Positions 51,392-64,000 of a stretch of DNA of 64,000 bases are shown piece after piece. Each line of letters begins with the position of its first letter. The first letter of the stretch is position 1. The translations under genes and the position numbers were made by a program. The notes under the pieces are model-generated. The model was given only the letters and a program-made list of their open reading frames with translations. It made no database searches and was not told the DNA's origin. Source of the DNA: Octopus sinensis (taxonomy: Eukaryota); contig NC_043020.1 of NCBI RefSeq assembly GCF_006345805.1, positions 9,920,001-9,984,000 on the forward strand, given 5' to 3'.

Positions 51392-53422
51392 CTCTAATGC
51401 AATACCAAGTACTGGCTCTCATGGCTTCTGATCTTAACTGATTGTAAGTGTTATCGTACATATTTTGTCTTGGTATAGAAAAGATGGTCTTCAATACTAC
51501 AGATGCTCAATACCACAGATTTGCTTGTTAGTTGCTTGACCATAACCAGTTGGACATGTCCCTTAGTGGCTGATAATATGTGCATCTCTGATCATGAGCA
51601 GAAGTAGTGGGAGAACATCCTTAAACAACCTTTAACCAGGGACCTTTTGAGCAGGATGGGCTACCCAACTAGAAGAAAATTTTAACAAGGCACCCCACCC
51701 ACAAGGTCATGTGCTGTTTATCTTGATATAAGATTACCATGTCGCACAAATGTGATGCATGTGCCTGGTGTACCCTTATCAAACAGGTCGTCATGATAGG
51801 TATATTGGGTCTTGTATATTGTATTAGCTAAACAAGGAGGCGCAATGGCCCAGTGGTTAGGGCAGCGGACTCGCGGTCATAGGATCGCGGTTTCGATTCC
51901 CAGACCGGGTGTTGTGAGTGTTTATTGAGCGAAAAACACCTAAAAAGTTCCACGAGGCTCCGGCAGGGGATGGTGGCGATCCCTGCTGCACTCTTTCACC
52001 ACAACTTTCTCTCACTCTTACTTCCTGTTTCTGTTGTACCTGTATTTCAAGGGGCCGGCCTTGTCACTCTCTGTGTCACGCTGAATATCCCCGAGAACTA
52101 CGTTAAGGGTGCACGTGTCTGTGGAGTGCTCAGCCACTTACACGTTAATTTCACGAGCAGGCTGTTCCGTTGATTCGGATCAACCGGAACCCTCGTCATC
52201 GTAAATGACGGAGTGCTTCCATCCATCCATTAGCTAAACAAGTAAATATATAATTTCTAGTCTAATATATTTTGAATTATTATACTTTTTCTAAAAATCT
52301 TCTCTATTGGTGTTAACTAGCTACACATACTTCACCATAGTATTAGTAATTAAGCTATTTTATTTCCTTTTTTTTTTCTATGGTGTTCTGCCCAACTTGA
52401 TTGTTATTTTATTTCTTTATTATTTTATAATTAGCCTTTATTTATTTATAAAATTAATCTAATTATTGTATCTCTATAAATTCATACTTAGCTTATATAA
52501 AACTATACTGGTAAAAAAACCGCTTAGATTATAATTTAATTAATATATAATTAGCATGTTCCTTTACCTCAATACTCCTTTATTAATACCAGTATATACC
52601 AATTAATCAATATTCACAGATACCATCTGATGAGTTAGTATTTAAGTGTACAATACTCTTTTACTCTTTTACTCTTTTACTTGTTTCAGTCATTGGACTG
52701 CGGCCATGCTGGAGCACTGCCTTTAGTCGAGCAAATCGACCCCGGGACTTATTCTTTGTAAGCCTAGTACTTATTCTATCAGTCTCTTTTGCCGAACCGC
52801 TAAATGACGGGGACGTAAACGCACCAGCACCGGTTGTCAAGCAATGCTAGGGGGACAAACACAGACACACAAACACACACACATATATATATATACATAT
52901 ATACGACAGGCTTCTTTCAGTTTCCGTCTACCAAATCCACTCACAAGGCATTGGTCGGCCCGTGGCTATAGCAGAAGACACTTGTCCAAGATGCCACGCA
53001 GTGGGACTGAACCCGGAACCATGTGGTTGGTTAGCAAGCTACTTACCACACAGCCACTCCTATGCGTGGCAGCTTGGGCAAGTGTCTTCTACTATAGCCC
53101 CGGGCTGACCAATGCCTTGTGAGTGGATTTGGTAGACGGAAACTGAAAGAAGCCTGTTGTATATATGTATATGTATATGTATGTGTGTGTGTTTGTGTGT
53201 CTGTGTTTGTTCCCCTAGCATTGCTTGCCAACCGATGCTGGTGTGTTTACGTCCCCGTCACTTAGCAGTTCGGCAAAAAGAGACCGATAGAATAAGTACT
53301 GGGCTTACAAAAAGAATAAGTCCTGGGGTCGAGTTGCTCGACTAAAGGCGGTGCTCCAGCATGGCCGCAGTCAAATGACTGAAACAAGTAAAAGAGTAAA
53401 AGAGAAAGAGAGAGTAAAAGTT

Positions 53423-54014
53423 GGCAGGCGTAAAGAATGTGGACTGCACCCGCTTTTGTTATTTATTTATTTATTTTTACAGAATCCCCCATTTTCGAGT
53501 ATGGAGATTCTGTTTTCCGCAAAAAAAAAAAAATGGCATTTTAAAATTTTAATATCCCCCCACCCCAACCCAAATTCCTCAGTTTTCACTTATTTTTCAG
53601 AAATTCTTTTTTACAATCATAATCTCTGTATTTTTATACATCATCATCATCATCATCATCTAGCATCCGCTTTCCATGCTAGCATGGGTTGGACGGTTCA
53701 AATGGGGTCTGGGAAGCCAGAAGGCTGCATCAAGCCCAGTCTGATCTGGCAGTGTTTCTACGGCTGGATGCCCTTCCTAACGCCAACCACTCCGTGAGTG
53801 CTTTTTACGTACATATTTCACAAAAAAAAAAAAAATTCCTCAAAAGAGTGAAAATTGAAGAATTTGGGCAGGTGAGGTGGGGGAATTAAAATTCTAAAAT
53901 GCCTTCTTTTTTTTTTTTTTTTTTTTTTTTTGCAGAACCAGAATTTCGAAAATGGGAGATTCTGTAAAAAAAAAAATAACGAAAGGGGGTGCGGCCCACA
54001 TTCTTTACATCTGC
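53423..54014. mobile_element. MITE with long (about 200 bp) imperfect terminal inverted repeats and an internal SINE
   Basis: ggcaggcgtaaagaatgtggactgcacc... versus ...ggtgcggcccacattctttacatctgcc. Confidence 0.65.
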
Positions 54015-54504
54015 CCAAAAGTCTACAAAAAAGAAAAGATCAAAAGAAAGTATGTTTAACTCTTTAGCATTCAAACCACCCATATCTAGCCAAAATATTT
54101 GACCTGTTTTATATTGAAACCGGCCAGATCCAGCCACTCACCTCAGCCCTACAATGCCATTTTAAAACTAAACAACCAGGAGTGGCCGTGTGGTAAGTAG
54201 CTTGCTTACCAACCACATGGTTCCAGGTTCAGTCGCACTGCGTGGTATCTTGGGCAAGTCTCTTCTACTATAGCCTCGGGCCGACCAAAGCCTTGTGAGT
54301 GGATCTGGTAGACAGAAACTGAAAAGAAGCCCGCCATATATATATATATAATAAACCTTTACATATATAAATAACGTGAAATACACGAAGGGACGAACAT
54401 AAGAGACAGACGGGTCATTCAAAGCCTTCGTTCTTCAGTCAGAAACCGATTCATCATCGCAGATTTCGGCTGTTTAATTCTGAGATCTGCTCTGAATATA
54501 TATA

Positions 54505-55284
54505 TATATATGTATGTATATATATATGTATATATTTATATATATATTATATGTAGAAAAATACAAACTGGGACAAGAACGTAAAACATTTAAAAGACGA
54601 TACAAAAAACACGGACGGGACATTCGAAGCCTTCAATCTTCAGTCAAGAACCGGATCAAACTAGCAATTTCGGCTGATTAATCTTGAAATCGCTCCGATC
54701 CGGCCAGCCCCAAGGAAAAACTAAGCTACGAGCATTAGATTTCTTGGAAGAAGGATCGGACAGAAAAACGGACGATGTTACATGAATATAAAATACAAAA
54801 AACAATAATGGTAAAAACAGGACAAAAACAGCGGGTGTGTTACGACTAATAAACAGTACAACAAGTTTAGCTGGTGTATTTTGAAATAATGCCTTTATCA
54901 GCAGACAAAGACAACAGATGTTCTCACAGCAGTGGTTGGAGGCCAAAAGGCTGATTTTGACCAGCGGTCACATGACAGAAGAGAGAGAAAAGAAAGGGGG
55001 CAAAGGAAACAAAGAGACAGAGAAAGAAGGAATTAAAGAGGGGAGAAGAAAGAGTGCGTGCCAAGGAGGGCGAGTGAGTGCAAGGTGAGAAAGACAGAGA
55101 ATTGTGAGAGAGTGGGGGGAAGAGTAGACCAAAGAATCAGAGGCGAGAAAAGAGAAAAGGAGGAGAAGTAGAGAGAGAGAGAGAGAGAAGGGGACAGATC
55201 AAAGTAGAGTGCAAAGTGTGAAAGGCAGAGAAATGTAGGAGAGAGAGACAGTGTGTAGAGTCATACCAAATTTACAGGAATATG

Positions 55285-55322
<38 letters not shown>

Positions 55323-56093
55323 GTATGTATATATATATGTATATATTTATATATATATTATATGTAGAAAAATACAAACTGGGACAAGAACGTAAAACAT
55401 TAAAAGACGATACAAAAAACACGGACGGGACATTCGAAGCCTTCAATCTTCAGTCAAGAACCGGATCAAACTAGCAATTTCGGCTGATTAATCTTGAAAT
55501 CGCTCCGATCCGGCCAGCCCCAAGGAAAAACTAAGCTACGAGCATTAGATTTCTTGGAAGAAGGATCGGACAGAAAAACGGACGATGTTACATGAATATA
55601 AAATACAAAAAACAATAATGGTAAAAACAGGACAAAAACAGCGGGTGTGTTACGACTAATAAACAGTACAACAAGTTTAGCTGGTGTATTTTGAAATAAT
55701 GCTTTATCAGCAGACAAAGACAACAGATGTTCTCACAGCAGTGGTTGGAGGCCAAAAGGCTGATTTTGACCAGCGGTCACATGACAGAAGAGAGAGAAAA
55801 GAAAGGGGGCAAAGGAAACAAAGAGACAGAGAAAGAAGGAATTAAAGAGGGGAGAAGAAAGAGTGCGTGCCAAGGAGGGCGAGTGAGTGCAAGGTGAGAA
55901 AGACAGAGAATTGTGAGAGAGTGGGGGGAAGAGTAGACCAAAGAATCAGAGGCGAGAAAAGAGAAAAGGAGGAGAAGTAGAGAGAGAGAGAGAGAGAAGG
56001 GGACAGATCAAAGTAGAGTGCAAAGTGTGAAAGGCAGAGAAATGTAGGAGAGAGAGACAGTGTGTAGAGTCATACCAAATTTACAGGAATATG

Positions 56094-56100
<7 letters not shown>
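54505..56100. repeat. Direct tandem duplication, period about 811 bp
   Basis: The two copies differ visibly only by single-base homopolymer indels and (TA)n length. Confidence 0.9.
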
Positions 56101-56124
<24 letters not shown>

Positions 56125-57975
56125 TTTTAATCCAAACGGGAAAACAAAAAAACAACAACAATGGAACAATTACAGTATTATTATTATTAATAGGCGCTCA
56201 GGAAATGGAAGCAGGGAGGTATGACGTTTCGAGCGGAGCTCTTCGTCGGAAACATAAAGAAGGAAGAGAGAGGAAAGAAAGATCCCAAAGCGGGCAACAG
56301 GGATAGAGAAAAAAAAAACGACTGGTGTTTACGAGTTACACATGGTGAAAGGCGGAAGTTTACGATAACAGGAGCAAAGTAGGTTTTTAAAGGCAAAAGA
56401 GTGGAGACAAGGTTGGTAACGCAACAGGCGCAGGAGTGGCTGTGTGGTAAGTAGCTTGCTTACCAACCACATAGTTCCGGGTTCAGTCCCACTGTGTGAC
56501 ATCTTGGGCAAGTGTCTTCTGCTATAGCCCCGGGCCGACCAATGCCTTGTGAGTGGATTTGGTAGACGGAAACTGAAAGAAGCCTGTCGTATATATGTAT
56601 ATATATATAAGTGTGTGTGTATATGTTTGTGTGTCTGTGTTTGTCCCCCTAGCATTACTTGACAACCGATGCTGGTGTGTTTACGTCCCCGTCACTTAGC
56701 GGTTCGGCAAAAGAGACTGATAGAATAAGTACTGGGCTCACAAAGAATAAGTCCCGGGGTCGATTTGCTCGACTAAAGGCGGTGCTCCAGCATGGCCGCA
56801 GTCAAATGACTGAAACAAGTAAAAGAGTAAAAAAGAGTAAAAGAGTATATATATATCATCATCATCATTTAGCATCCGCTTTCCATGCTAGCATGGGTTG
56901 GACATATACATATATATATGTGTGTGTGTGTGTTTGTGTGTCTGTGTTTGTCTCCCCAACATCGCTTGACAACTGGTGCTGGCTGGTGTGTTTACATCCC
57001 CGTAACTTAGTGGTTTGGCAAAAGGGACTGATAGGCTTGCAAAGAATAAATCCTGGGGTTGATTTACTCGACTTAAAGGCGGTGCTCCAGCATGGCCGCA
57101 GTCAAATGACTGAAACCAGTTAAAGTGTAAAAGAGTAACCACATCACTGAAATCTCTAAACTACAAGATAATGCATGATTACTTTAAAACAAATTGAATA
57201 AACGATTGTGAAGATGTGTGGCCTAGTGGTTAGGCTGTTGCACTCACAACCACTAGCTTGTGAGTTCAAATCCCAGACTGGGCAGTGCATTGTGTTCTTG
57301 AGCAAGACACTTCATTTCACATTGCTCCAGTTCCCCTTTCAATCAGTGGGGAATATTGGCCTGCTCACCTAGCCATCGGGGTGTCATTATTTGCAGGCTA
57401 AAACAATACAAAAGCGCATTGTGATCAGCGATATGTAACAATATCTGATAGCCTGGTCAGTCATGTGATCATGTGATCATGTGATAAATAAACAAACATT
57501 ATATTTTACAGAATAATCTGAATACTAAAAGGTTAACTTACCCATGGTGCTGGCTGTTAATTATTAGTTTTCAGAAAGGAATATAATTCACTACTGGGGT
57601 ATATGAATCCCTGCTGGTGTATATAACTCACTGCTAGTTTGTATATACCTCACTGCAAGTGTGTATAATTCGCTGCTGATGTATAATAATTGAGGCAGAT
57701 CTGTTTGTGAGTAAAAAAATATAAATAAATAATGAAATAAAAGCAACAATGTTAAACTGATATACTCTCTTTTACTCTTTTACTTGTTTCAGTCATTTGA
57801 CTGCGGCCATGCTGGAGCACCGCCTTTAGTCGAGCAAATCGACCCCGGGACTTATTCTTTGTAAGCCCAGTACTTATTCTATCGGTCTCTTTTGCCGAAC
57901 CGCTAAGTGACGGGGACGTAAACATACCAGCATCGATTGTCAAGCAATGCTAGGGGGACAAACACAGACACACAA

Positions 57976-58006
<31 letters not shown>

Positions 58007-58199
58007 CACACATATACGACAGGCTTCTTTCAGTTTCCGTCTACCAAATCCACTCACAAGGCATTGGTCGGCCCGGGGCTATAGCAGAAGACACTTGCCC
58101 AAGATGCCACGCAGTGGGACTGAACCCGAAACCATGTGGTTGGTTAGCAAGCTACTTACCACACAGCCACTCCTGCGCCTATGGACAGATTTTTTTACA

Positions 58200-59160
58200 G
58201 GTTTTGGCAGAAAAATTTCCCATATATTACATAGTCACTGCTTTGGTGCTGGTAAAGTTAAGCAGTTTAAAAAAATTGGCTCCAAAATAAATCGAGATGG
58301 GGACTGCACTACAGAAATAAGACGGCGGATAGTACTAGGCAGAGAGGCAATGGTCAGCATGAGCAGGGTCTGGAAGAGTAGAGACATCAGACTCGCTACC
58401 AAATGCAGATTGGTGAATGCCTTCGTCTTCCCAATAGCAACATATGGATGCGAGACCTGGACACTAAACAAAGCTGACCAGAAGAGAATTAATGCATTCG
58501 AGCTTTGGTGTTGGAGAAGACTTTTACAGATTCCATGGACAGCGAGGCTCACCAATGGAGAAGTTCTTAAGCAGATCAAACCGAAAATGTCGCTAGAAGC
58601 TAGGATCACCAAGCATAGATTGGCATATTTCGGTCATATTATGCGGAGAAAATCCCTGGAGAAGGACATCATGCTTGGAATGGTCAGTAGCAAGAGAGGA
58701 AGAGGCCAATCAAGAACCCGCTGGCTTGTCACCATCAAGAGTGATACCGGAATGGACATAGCCAGTCTGAAAGAAGTGGCCCAGGATAGAACTGACTAGA
58801 GGACACTGATCCAACGAGTGACCGAGAGTCGACTTCGACTGAGTGGATATATATATATATAATATATATATATATCTTATGCAGATCAGGCCAAATATGT
58901 CACTAGAAGCTAAGATCACCAAGCATAGATTGGCATATTTTGGTCATATTATGAGGAGAAAATGCCTGGAGAAGGACATCATGCTTGGAATGGTCAGTGG
59001 CAAGAAAGGAAGAGGCCGACCAAGAACCCGCTGGCTTGACACCATCAAGAGTGATGCCGGAATAGACATAGCCAGTCTGAAAGAAGAAGCCCAGGATAGA
59101 ACTGACTGGAGGACACTGATCCATGGAGTAACCGAGAGTCGTCTTCGACTGAGCGGATAG
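58200..59160 (+). mobile_element. RTE/BovB-like LINE 3' fragment plus a second copy of its last ~290 bp
   Basis: EIRRRI...FPIATYGCETWTL...FELWCWRRLLQIPW...AYFGHIMRR...RGRPRTRWLD. The 3' end is repeated at 58880-59160. Confidence 0.85.
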
Positions 59161-59284
59161 ATAGAGATAGACAGACTATAGACACAAGGCCTGAAATTTG
59201 TGGGCTGGACAATGACCTCAATGAGTGGGAAATATTTATCAACACATGCCTTCTTGCAGACAAAAGAGTTCTCATGCTTGGCTT

Positions 59285-59329
59285 GTTACTATGGAAACAG
59301 GCATGAATGTGTCTGTGGCTTACGATTGG
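59285..59329. promoter_or_regulatory. Candidate RFX X-box plus CCAAT box
   Basis: GTTACTATGGAAAC (59285-59298) fits GTHNYY-AT-RRNAAC. CCAAT lies on the - strand at 59325-59329. Both sit in a short non-repetitive island. A chance match is possible. Confidence 0.3.
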
Positions 59330-60624
59330 CTAAAATTACCCAAAATCCGCAAACTTTAAATGCTAATAACTCTTTATTTATTGATTCATTGTCAAAATAA
59401 ATTTGAAAACAGTGGCTAGCATATGAAACCATATTATTCTCTCTCTGTTACTCTTTTACTTGTTTCAGTCATTTGACTGCGGTCATGCTGGAGCACCGCC
59501 TTTAATCGAGCAACTCGATCCCAGGACTTTTTCTTTTGTAAGCCCAGTACTTATTCTATCAGTCTCTTTTGCCAAACCGCTAAGTAACAGGGACGTAAAC
59601 ACACCAGCATCAGTTGTCAAGCAATGCTAGGGGGACAAACACAGACACACACACACACACTTATATATATATGTATATATATATATGTATATATATACGA
59701 CGGGCTTCTTTCAGTTTCCGTCTACCAAATCCACTCACACGGCTTTGGTCAGCCCGAGGCTATAGTAGAAGATACTTGCCCAAGGTGCCACACAGTGGGA
59801 CTGAACCCGGAACCATGTGGTTGGTAAACAAGTTACTTCCCACACAGCCACTCCTGCGCCTATTATGCAGAAAATGAAGAGATTGTGGAGGCGCAATGGC
59901 CCAGTGGTTAGGGCAGTGGACTCGCGGTCATAGAATTGCGGTTTTGATTCCCAGACTGGGCGTTGTGAGTGTTTATTGAGCGAAAACACCTAAAGCTCCA
60001 CCAGTGGGTGGTGGTGATCCGTTGTACTCTTTAGGGCGTAGGAATGGCTCTGTGCTAAGTAGCTTGCTTACCAACCACATGGTTCCGAGTTCAGTCTCAC
60101 TGCGTGGCACCTTGGGCAAGTGTCTTCTACTATAGCCTTGGGTCGACCAATGCCTTGTGAGTGGATTTGGTAGACGGAAACTGAAAGAAGCTCGTCGTAT
60201 ATATATATACATATATATATATATGTGTGTCTGTGTGTGTATGTGTGTGTGTGTATATGTTTGTGCGTCTGTGTTTGTTCCCCCAACATCACTTGACAAC
60301 CGATGCTGGTGTGCTTATGTCCCCGTAACCTAGCAGTTCAGCAAAAAGAGACCGATAGAATAAGTACTAGGCTTGCAAAGAATAAGTCCTGGGGTCGATT
60401 TGCTCGACTAAAGGCGGTGTTCCAGCATGGCCACAGTCAAATGACTGAAACAAGTAAAAGAGTAAAGAGTATTGCAAATTGGTAGCCAAACACAATAGAT
60501 CTCATCTTCCTCGCCATCCTCTGAGGAAAATGCCTCTTCAATTTTGTCTGTAGAGACCATGAAATAGACTGACAAGCCTTTTTAGATATTACTTGTTATT
60601 TATTGTTTTATTCACCAATATATT

Positions 60625-60952
60625 TGGTGTCGGTGGCACGTAAAAAGCACCATCCGAATCGTGGCCGAAGCCAGTGCCGCCTCGACTGGCTTCCGTGCAG
60701 GTGGCACATAAAATGCACCAATCCGACCGTGGCCGATGCCAGCCTCGCCTGGCACCAGTGCAGGTGGCACGTAAAAAGCACCCACTACACTCACGGAGTG
60801 GTTGGCGTTAGGAAGGGCATCCAGCTGTAGAAACATTGCCAGATAAGACCGGAGCCAGGTGCAGCCTTCTAGCTTCCCAGATCCCCGGTCGAACCGTCCA
60901 ACCCATGCTAGCATGGAGAACGGACGTTAAACGATGATGATGATGATGATGA
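60625..60952 (+). mobile_element. SINE family with (ATG)n tail (representative copy)
   Basis: ...GTTAGGAAGGGCATCCAGCTGTAGAAAC...CATGCTAGCATGG...GTTAAACGATGATG. Copies near 4045-4360(-), 25230-25520, 42205-42490(-), 45290-45530(-) and 53640-53800(-). Confidence 0.75.
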
Positions 60953-61502
60953 TATTTAGATAACAACAAACTGTTTCTCACTGACACAATATTGAATAAC
61001 GAAACCTTTTTACGCACCTGTACTAGTTTTACCAAAACGTAAATCTTCCACTTTCTGTCTTCAGTGAAGCTCTTAGAATATTCCAGAAACTTGATTTGTT
61101 TTTTTTTATTTTCTTTAGTTTTTTTGTTTTCCTCCCCTTTTAGTTCTAAAAGCATAAAAAAAAAAGTAGTTGCATTCATTAAAGACGGAATTAACAGACG
61201 GACAATTCTATTACCTACCAATGGCGTGCAATCGAGACATGGTAGTCAGGCATTGCATGTCCGTTGATTTTTATATAACTCAAAAATCAATTTAAGAATT
61301 ACGGAGATGTACTTGCATAGCAAGTGACCTGATCTGAGATCGTGTGCTGAAACGAAAACAATTGCAGCGTGGAAGATGTTTGTAAGCCATTTAAGAAACA
61401 CACAAAAGCCGTTCGATTCACTTCAACATTTAAGTTTAATATGTCAAAATATTTTCGTCGCTTTAAGACCGCGACCTGTTCACTGACAAAAATCTGTTCC
61501 AC

Positions 61503-62215
61503 AACCGTTCGTGGCCATTGCCAGCCTACCCTGGCACATGTACCGGTGGCACGTAAAAAGCACCATCCGAACGTGGCCGATGCCAGCACCGCCTTGACTG
61601 GCTTCCGTGACGGTGGCACATAAAAAGCACCAACCGATCGTGGCCATTGCCAGCCTCCCCTGGCACATGTACCGGTGGCACGTAAAAAGCACCATCCATA
61701 CGTGGCCAATGCCAGCACCGCCTTGACTGGCTTCCATGGTGGTGGCACATAAAAAGCACCAACCGATCGTAGCCGTTGCCAGCCTCCCCTGGCACATGTA
61801 CCGGTGGCATGTAAAAAGCACCATCTCTATGTGGCCAATGCCAGCACCGCCTTGACTGGCTTCCATGGTGGTGGCACATAAAAAGCACCAACCGATCGTG
61901 GCCATTGCCAGCCTCCCCTGGCACATGTACCGGTGGCACGTAAAAAGCACCATCCATACGTGGCCAATGCCAGCACCGCCTTGACTGGCTTCCATGGTGG
62001 TGGCACATAAAAAGCACCAACCGATCGTAGCCGTTGCCAGCCTCCCCTGGCACATGTACCGGTGGCATGTAAAAAGCACCATCTCTATGTGGCCAATGCC
62101 AGCACCGCCTTGACTGGCTTCCATGGTGGTGGCACATAAAAAGCACCAACCGATCGTAGCCGTTGCCAGCATCCCCTGGCACCTGTGCCGGTGGTATGTA
62201 AAAAGCACCCACTAC
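61503..62215. repeat. 129-bp tandem repeat (about 5.5 copies) derived from the SINE internal segment
   Basis: aaccg marker at 61503, 61632, 61761, 61890, 62019 and 62148. Confidence 0.95.
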
Positions 62216-63267
62216 ACTCACGTATTTCCATTTTACTTCCACTAGACATACTTAAAGAAAAATGTATATGAAATCTTTTGGCCCCCCACTTACTATCCTT
62301 CAATAACTAGCATTTCAATACCTGTAAGATTCTATTTTATCTCCATAAAATAACTACAGAAGGCATGTTTTGGCTTTCCCACCCTTTCTATCAGTTCTTT
62401 GTCAACAATTCTTTGTAATCTATTTCTTTATTGCCCACAAGGGGCTAAACATAGAGGGGACAAACAAGGACAGACAAAGAGGTTAAGTCGATTGCATCAA
62501 CCCCAGTGCGTAACTGGTACTTATTTTATCGACTCCGAAAAGATGAAAGGCAAAGTCGACCTCGGCAGAATTTGAACTCAGAATGTAACAGCAGACGAAA
62601 TACCTATTTCTTTACTACTCACAAGGGGCTAAAAACAGAGAGGACAAACAAGGACAGACAAACGGATTAAGTCAATTATATCGACCCCAGTGTGTAACTG
62701 GTGCTTATTTAATCGACCCTGAAAAAATGAAAGGCAAAGTCGACCTCGGTGGAATTTGAACTCAGAACGTAACAACGGCAGACAAAACACCGCTAAGCAT
62801 TTCGCCAGGCGTGCTAACGATTCTGCCAGCTCTGATGTCGCTGATGCGATAGGCTACATGGTTGAATGGATTTGACTTTGTGACCCCTAAAAATTCTGAC
62901 CAAAACATATCAACAATCCCTTAATTCTTAATGAGTCAGCTCAAATGTTGCTGTGACTCTGGAATATCTATTTCACTCTGTCGTAAGTTTTGAAATTATT
63001 ATTATTATTAACCATCCTCTGTACTGAACAAAAAAATTCTGAAATCAGAAATATAATTATATACATAGGCGCAGGAGTGGCTGTGTGGTAAGTAGCTTGC
63101 TAACCAACCACATGGCTCCGGGTTCAGTCCCACTGCGTGGCATCTTGGGCAAGTGTCTTCTGCTATAGCCCCGGGCTGACCAATGCCTTGTGAGTGGATT
63201 TGGTTGACGGAAACTGAAAGAAGCCTGTCGTATTATGTATATATAGATATATATTATATATATATAT

Positions 63268-63299
<32 letters not shown>

Positions 63300-63304
63300 A
63301 TATA

Positions 63305-63369
<65 letters not shown>

Positions 63370-64000
63370 AGGAGTGGCTGTGCTGTGTGGTAAGTAGCTT
63401 GCTAACCAACCACATGGCTCCGGGTTCAGTCCCACTGCGTGGCATCTTGGCAAGTGTCTTCTGCTATAGCCCCGGGCTGACCAATGCCTTGTGAGTGGAT
63501 TTGGTAGACGGAAACTGAAAGAAGCCTGTCGTATATATGTATATATATATATATATGGGTGTGTGTGTTTGTGTGTTTGTCCCCCTAGCATTGCTTGACA
63601 ACCGATGCTGGTGTGTTTACGTCCCCGTCACTTAGCGGTTCGGCAAAAGAGACCGATAGAATAAGTACTGTGCTTACAAAGAATAAGTCCCGGGGTCGAT
63701 TTGCTCGACTAAAGGCGGTGCTCCAGCATGGCCGCAGTCAAATGACTGAAACAAGTAAAAGAAGAAAAAAAAAGAAAAGAATATTGCTAATTAATCTTTC
63801 ATTGATTTACTAAAATTATCTTTCTGTTTTGTTGAAACTGATTTACAATTCATGGTTTTAGTAAAATGTGGTGTACTGTGACAAAGTTTATTGAGCGAAA
63901 ACACCTAAAAGCTCCACGAGGCTCCGGCAGGGGATGGTGGTGATCCCTGCTGTACTCTTTCACCACAACTTTCTCTCACTCTTACTTCCTGTTTCTGTTG

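Noticed and set aside
52220-52650. Possible mitochondrial insertion (very AT-rich)
   Set aside because: I could not match it convincingly to mitochondrial rRNA or coding motifs. A BLAST against the mitogenome would settle it.
61299-62303. ORFs of about 240 aa with repeated units
   Set aside because: They arise from a 129-bp (43-codon) SINE-derived tandem repeat.
62294-62321. Candidate 28-nt - strand micro-exon (cttacag|...GATA|gtaagt)
   Set aside because: Weak pyrimidine tract, and its only open frame would create TAA if joined to the 35863 exon.

Overview
Repeat-rich animal genomic DNA. The SINE families and (TA)n/(CA)n load resemble Octopus-type cephalopod genomes; this assignment is an inference. 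Most of the window is SINEs, microsatellites and decayed transposons (hAT, piggyBac, Tc1/mariner, Helitron, Penelope, RTE, R4/Dong-like, Tx1-like). Two spliced genes can be built from the sequence. (1) A + strand gene with three coding exons (1927-5893) encodes an unrecognised 189-aa protein with an acidic N-terminus and one transmembrane segment. (2) A - strand THEG/SPMAP2-like (testicular haploid expressed repeat) gene has small shared upstream exons (35781-35863, 33944-34010). These are followed by a tandem array of SIX paralogous large terminal exons (18579-32751). Each has the same phase-2 splice acceptor, an intact ORF of five THEG-like repeats, its own stop codon and its own AATAAA. Their upstream frames are closed by a stop and two have no Met at all, so they read as mutually exclusive alternative last exons rather than separate genes. 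Each would supply about 80% of its isoform. The six exons are patchwork mosaics of one another. This variable-3'-exon cassette is the most interesting structure in the window.
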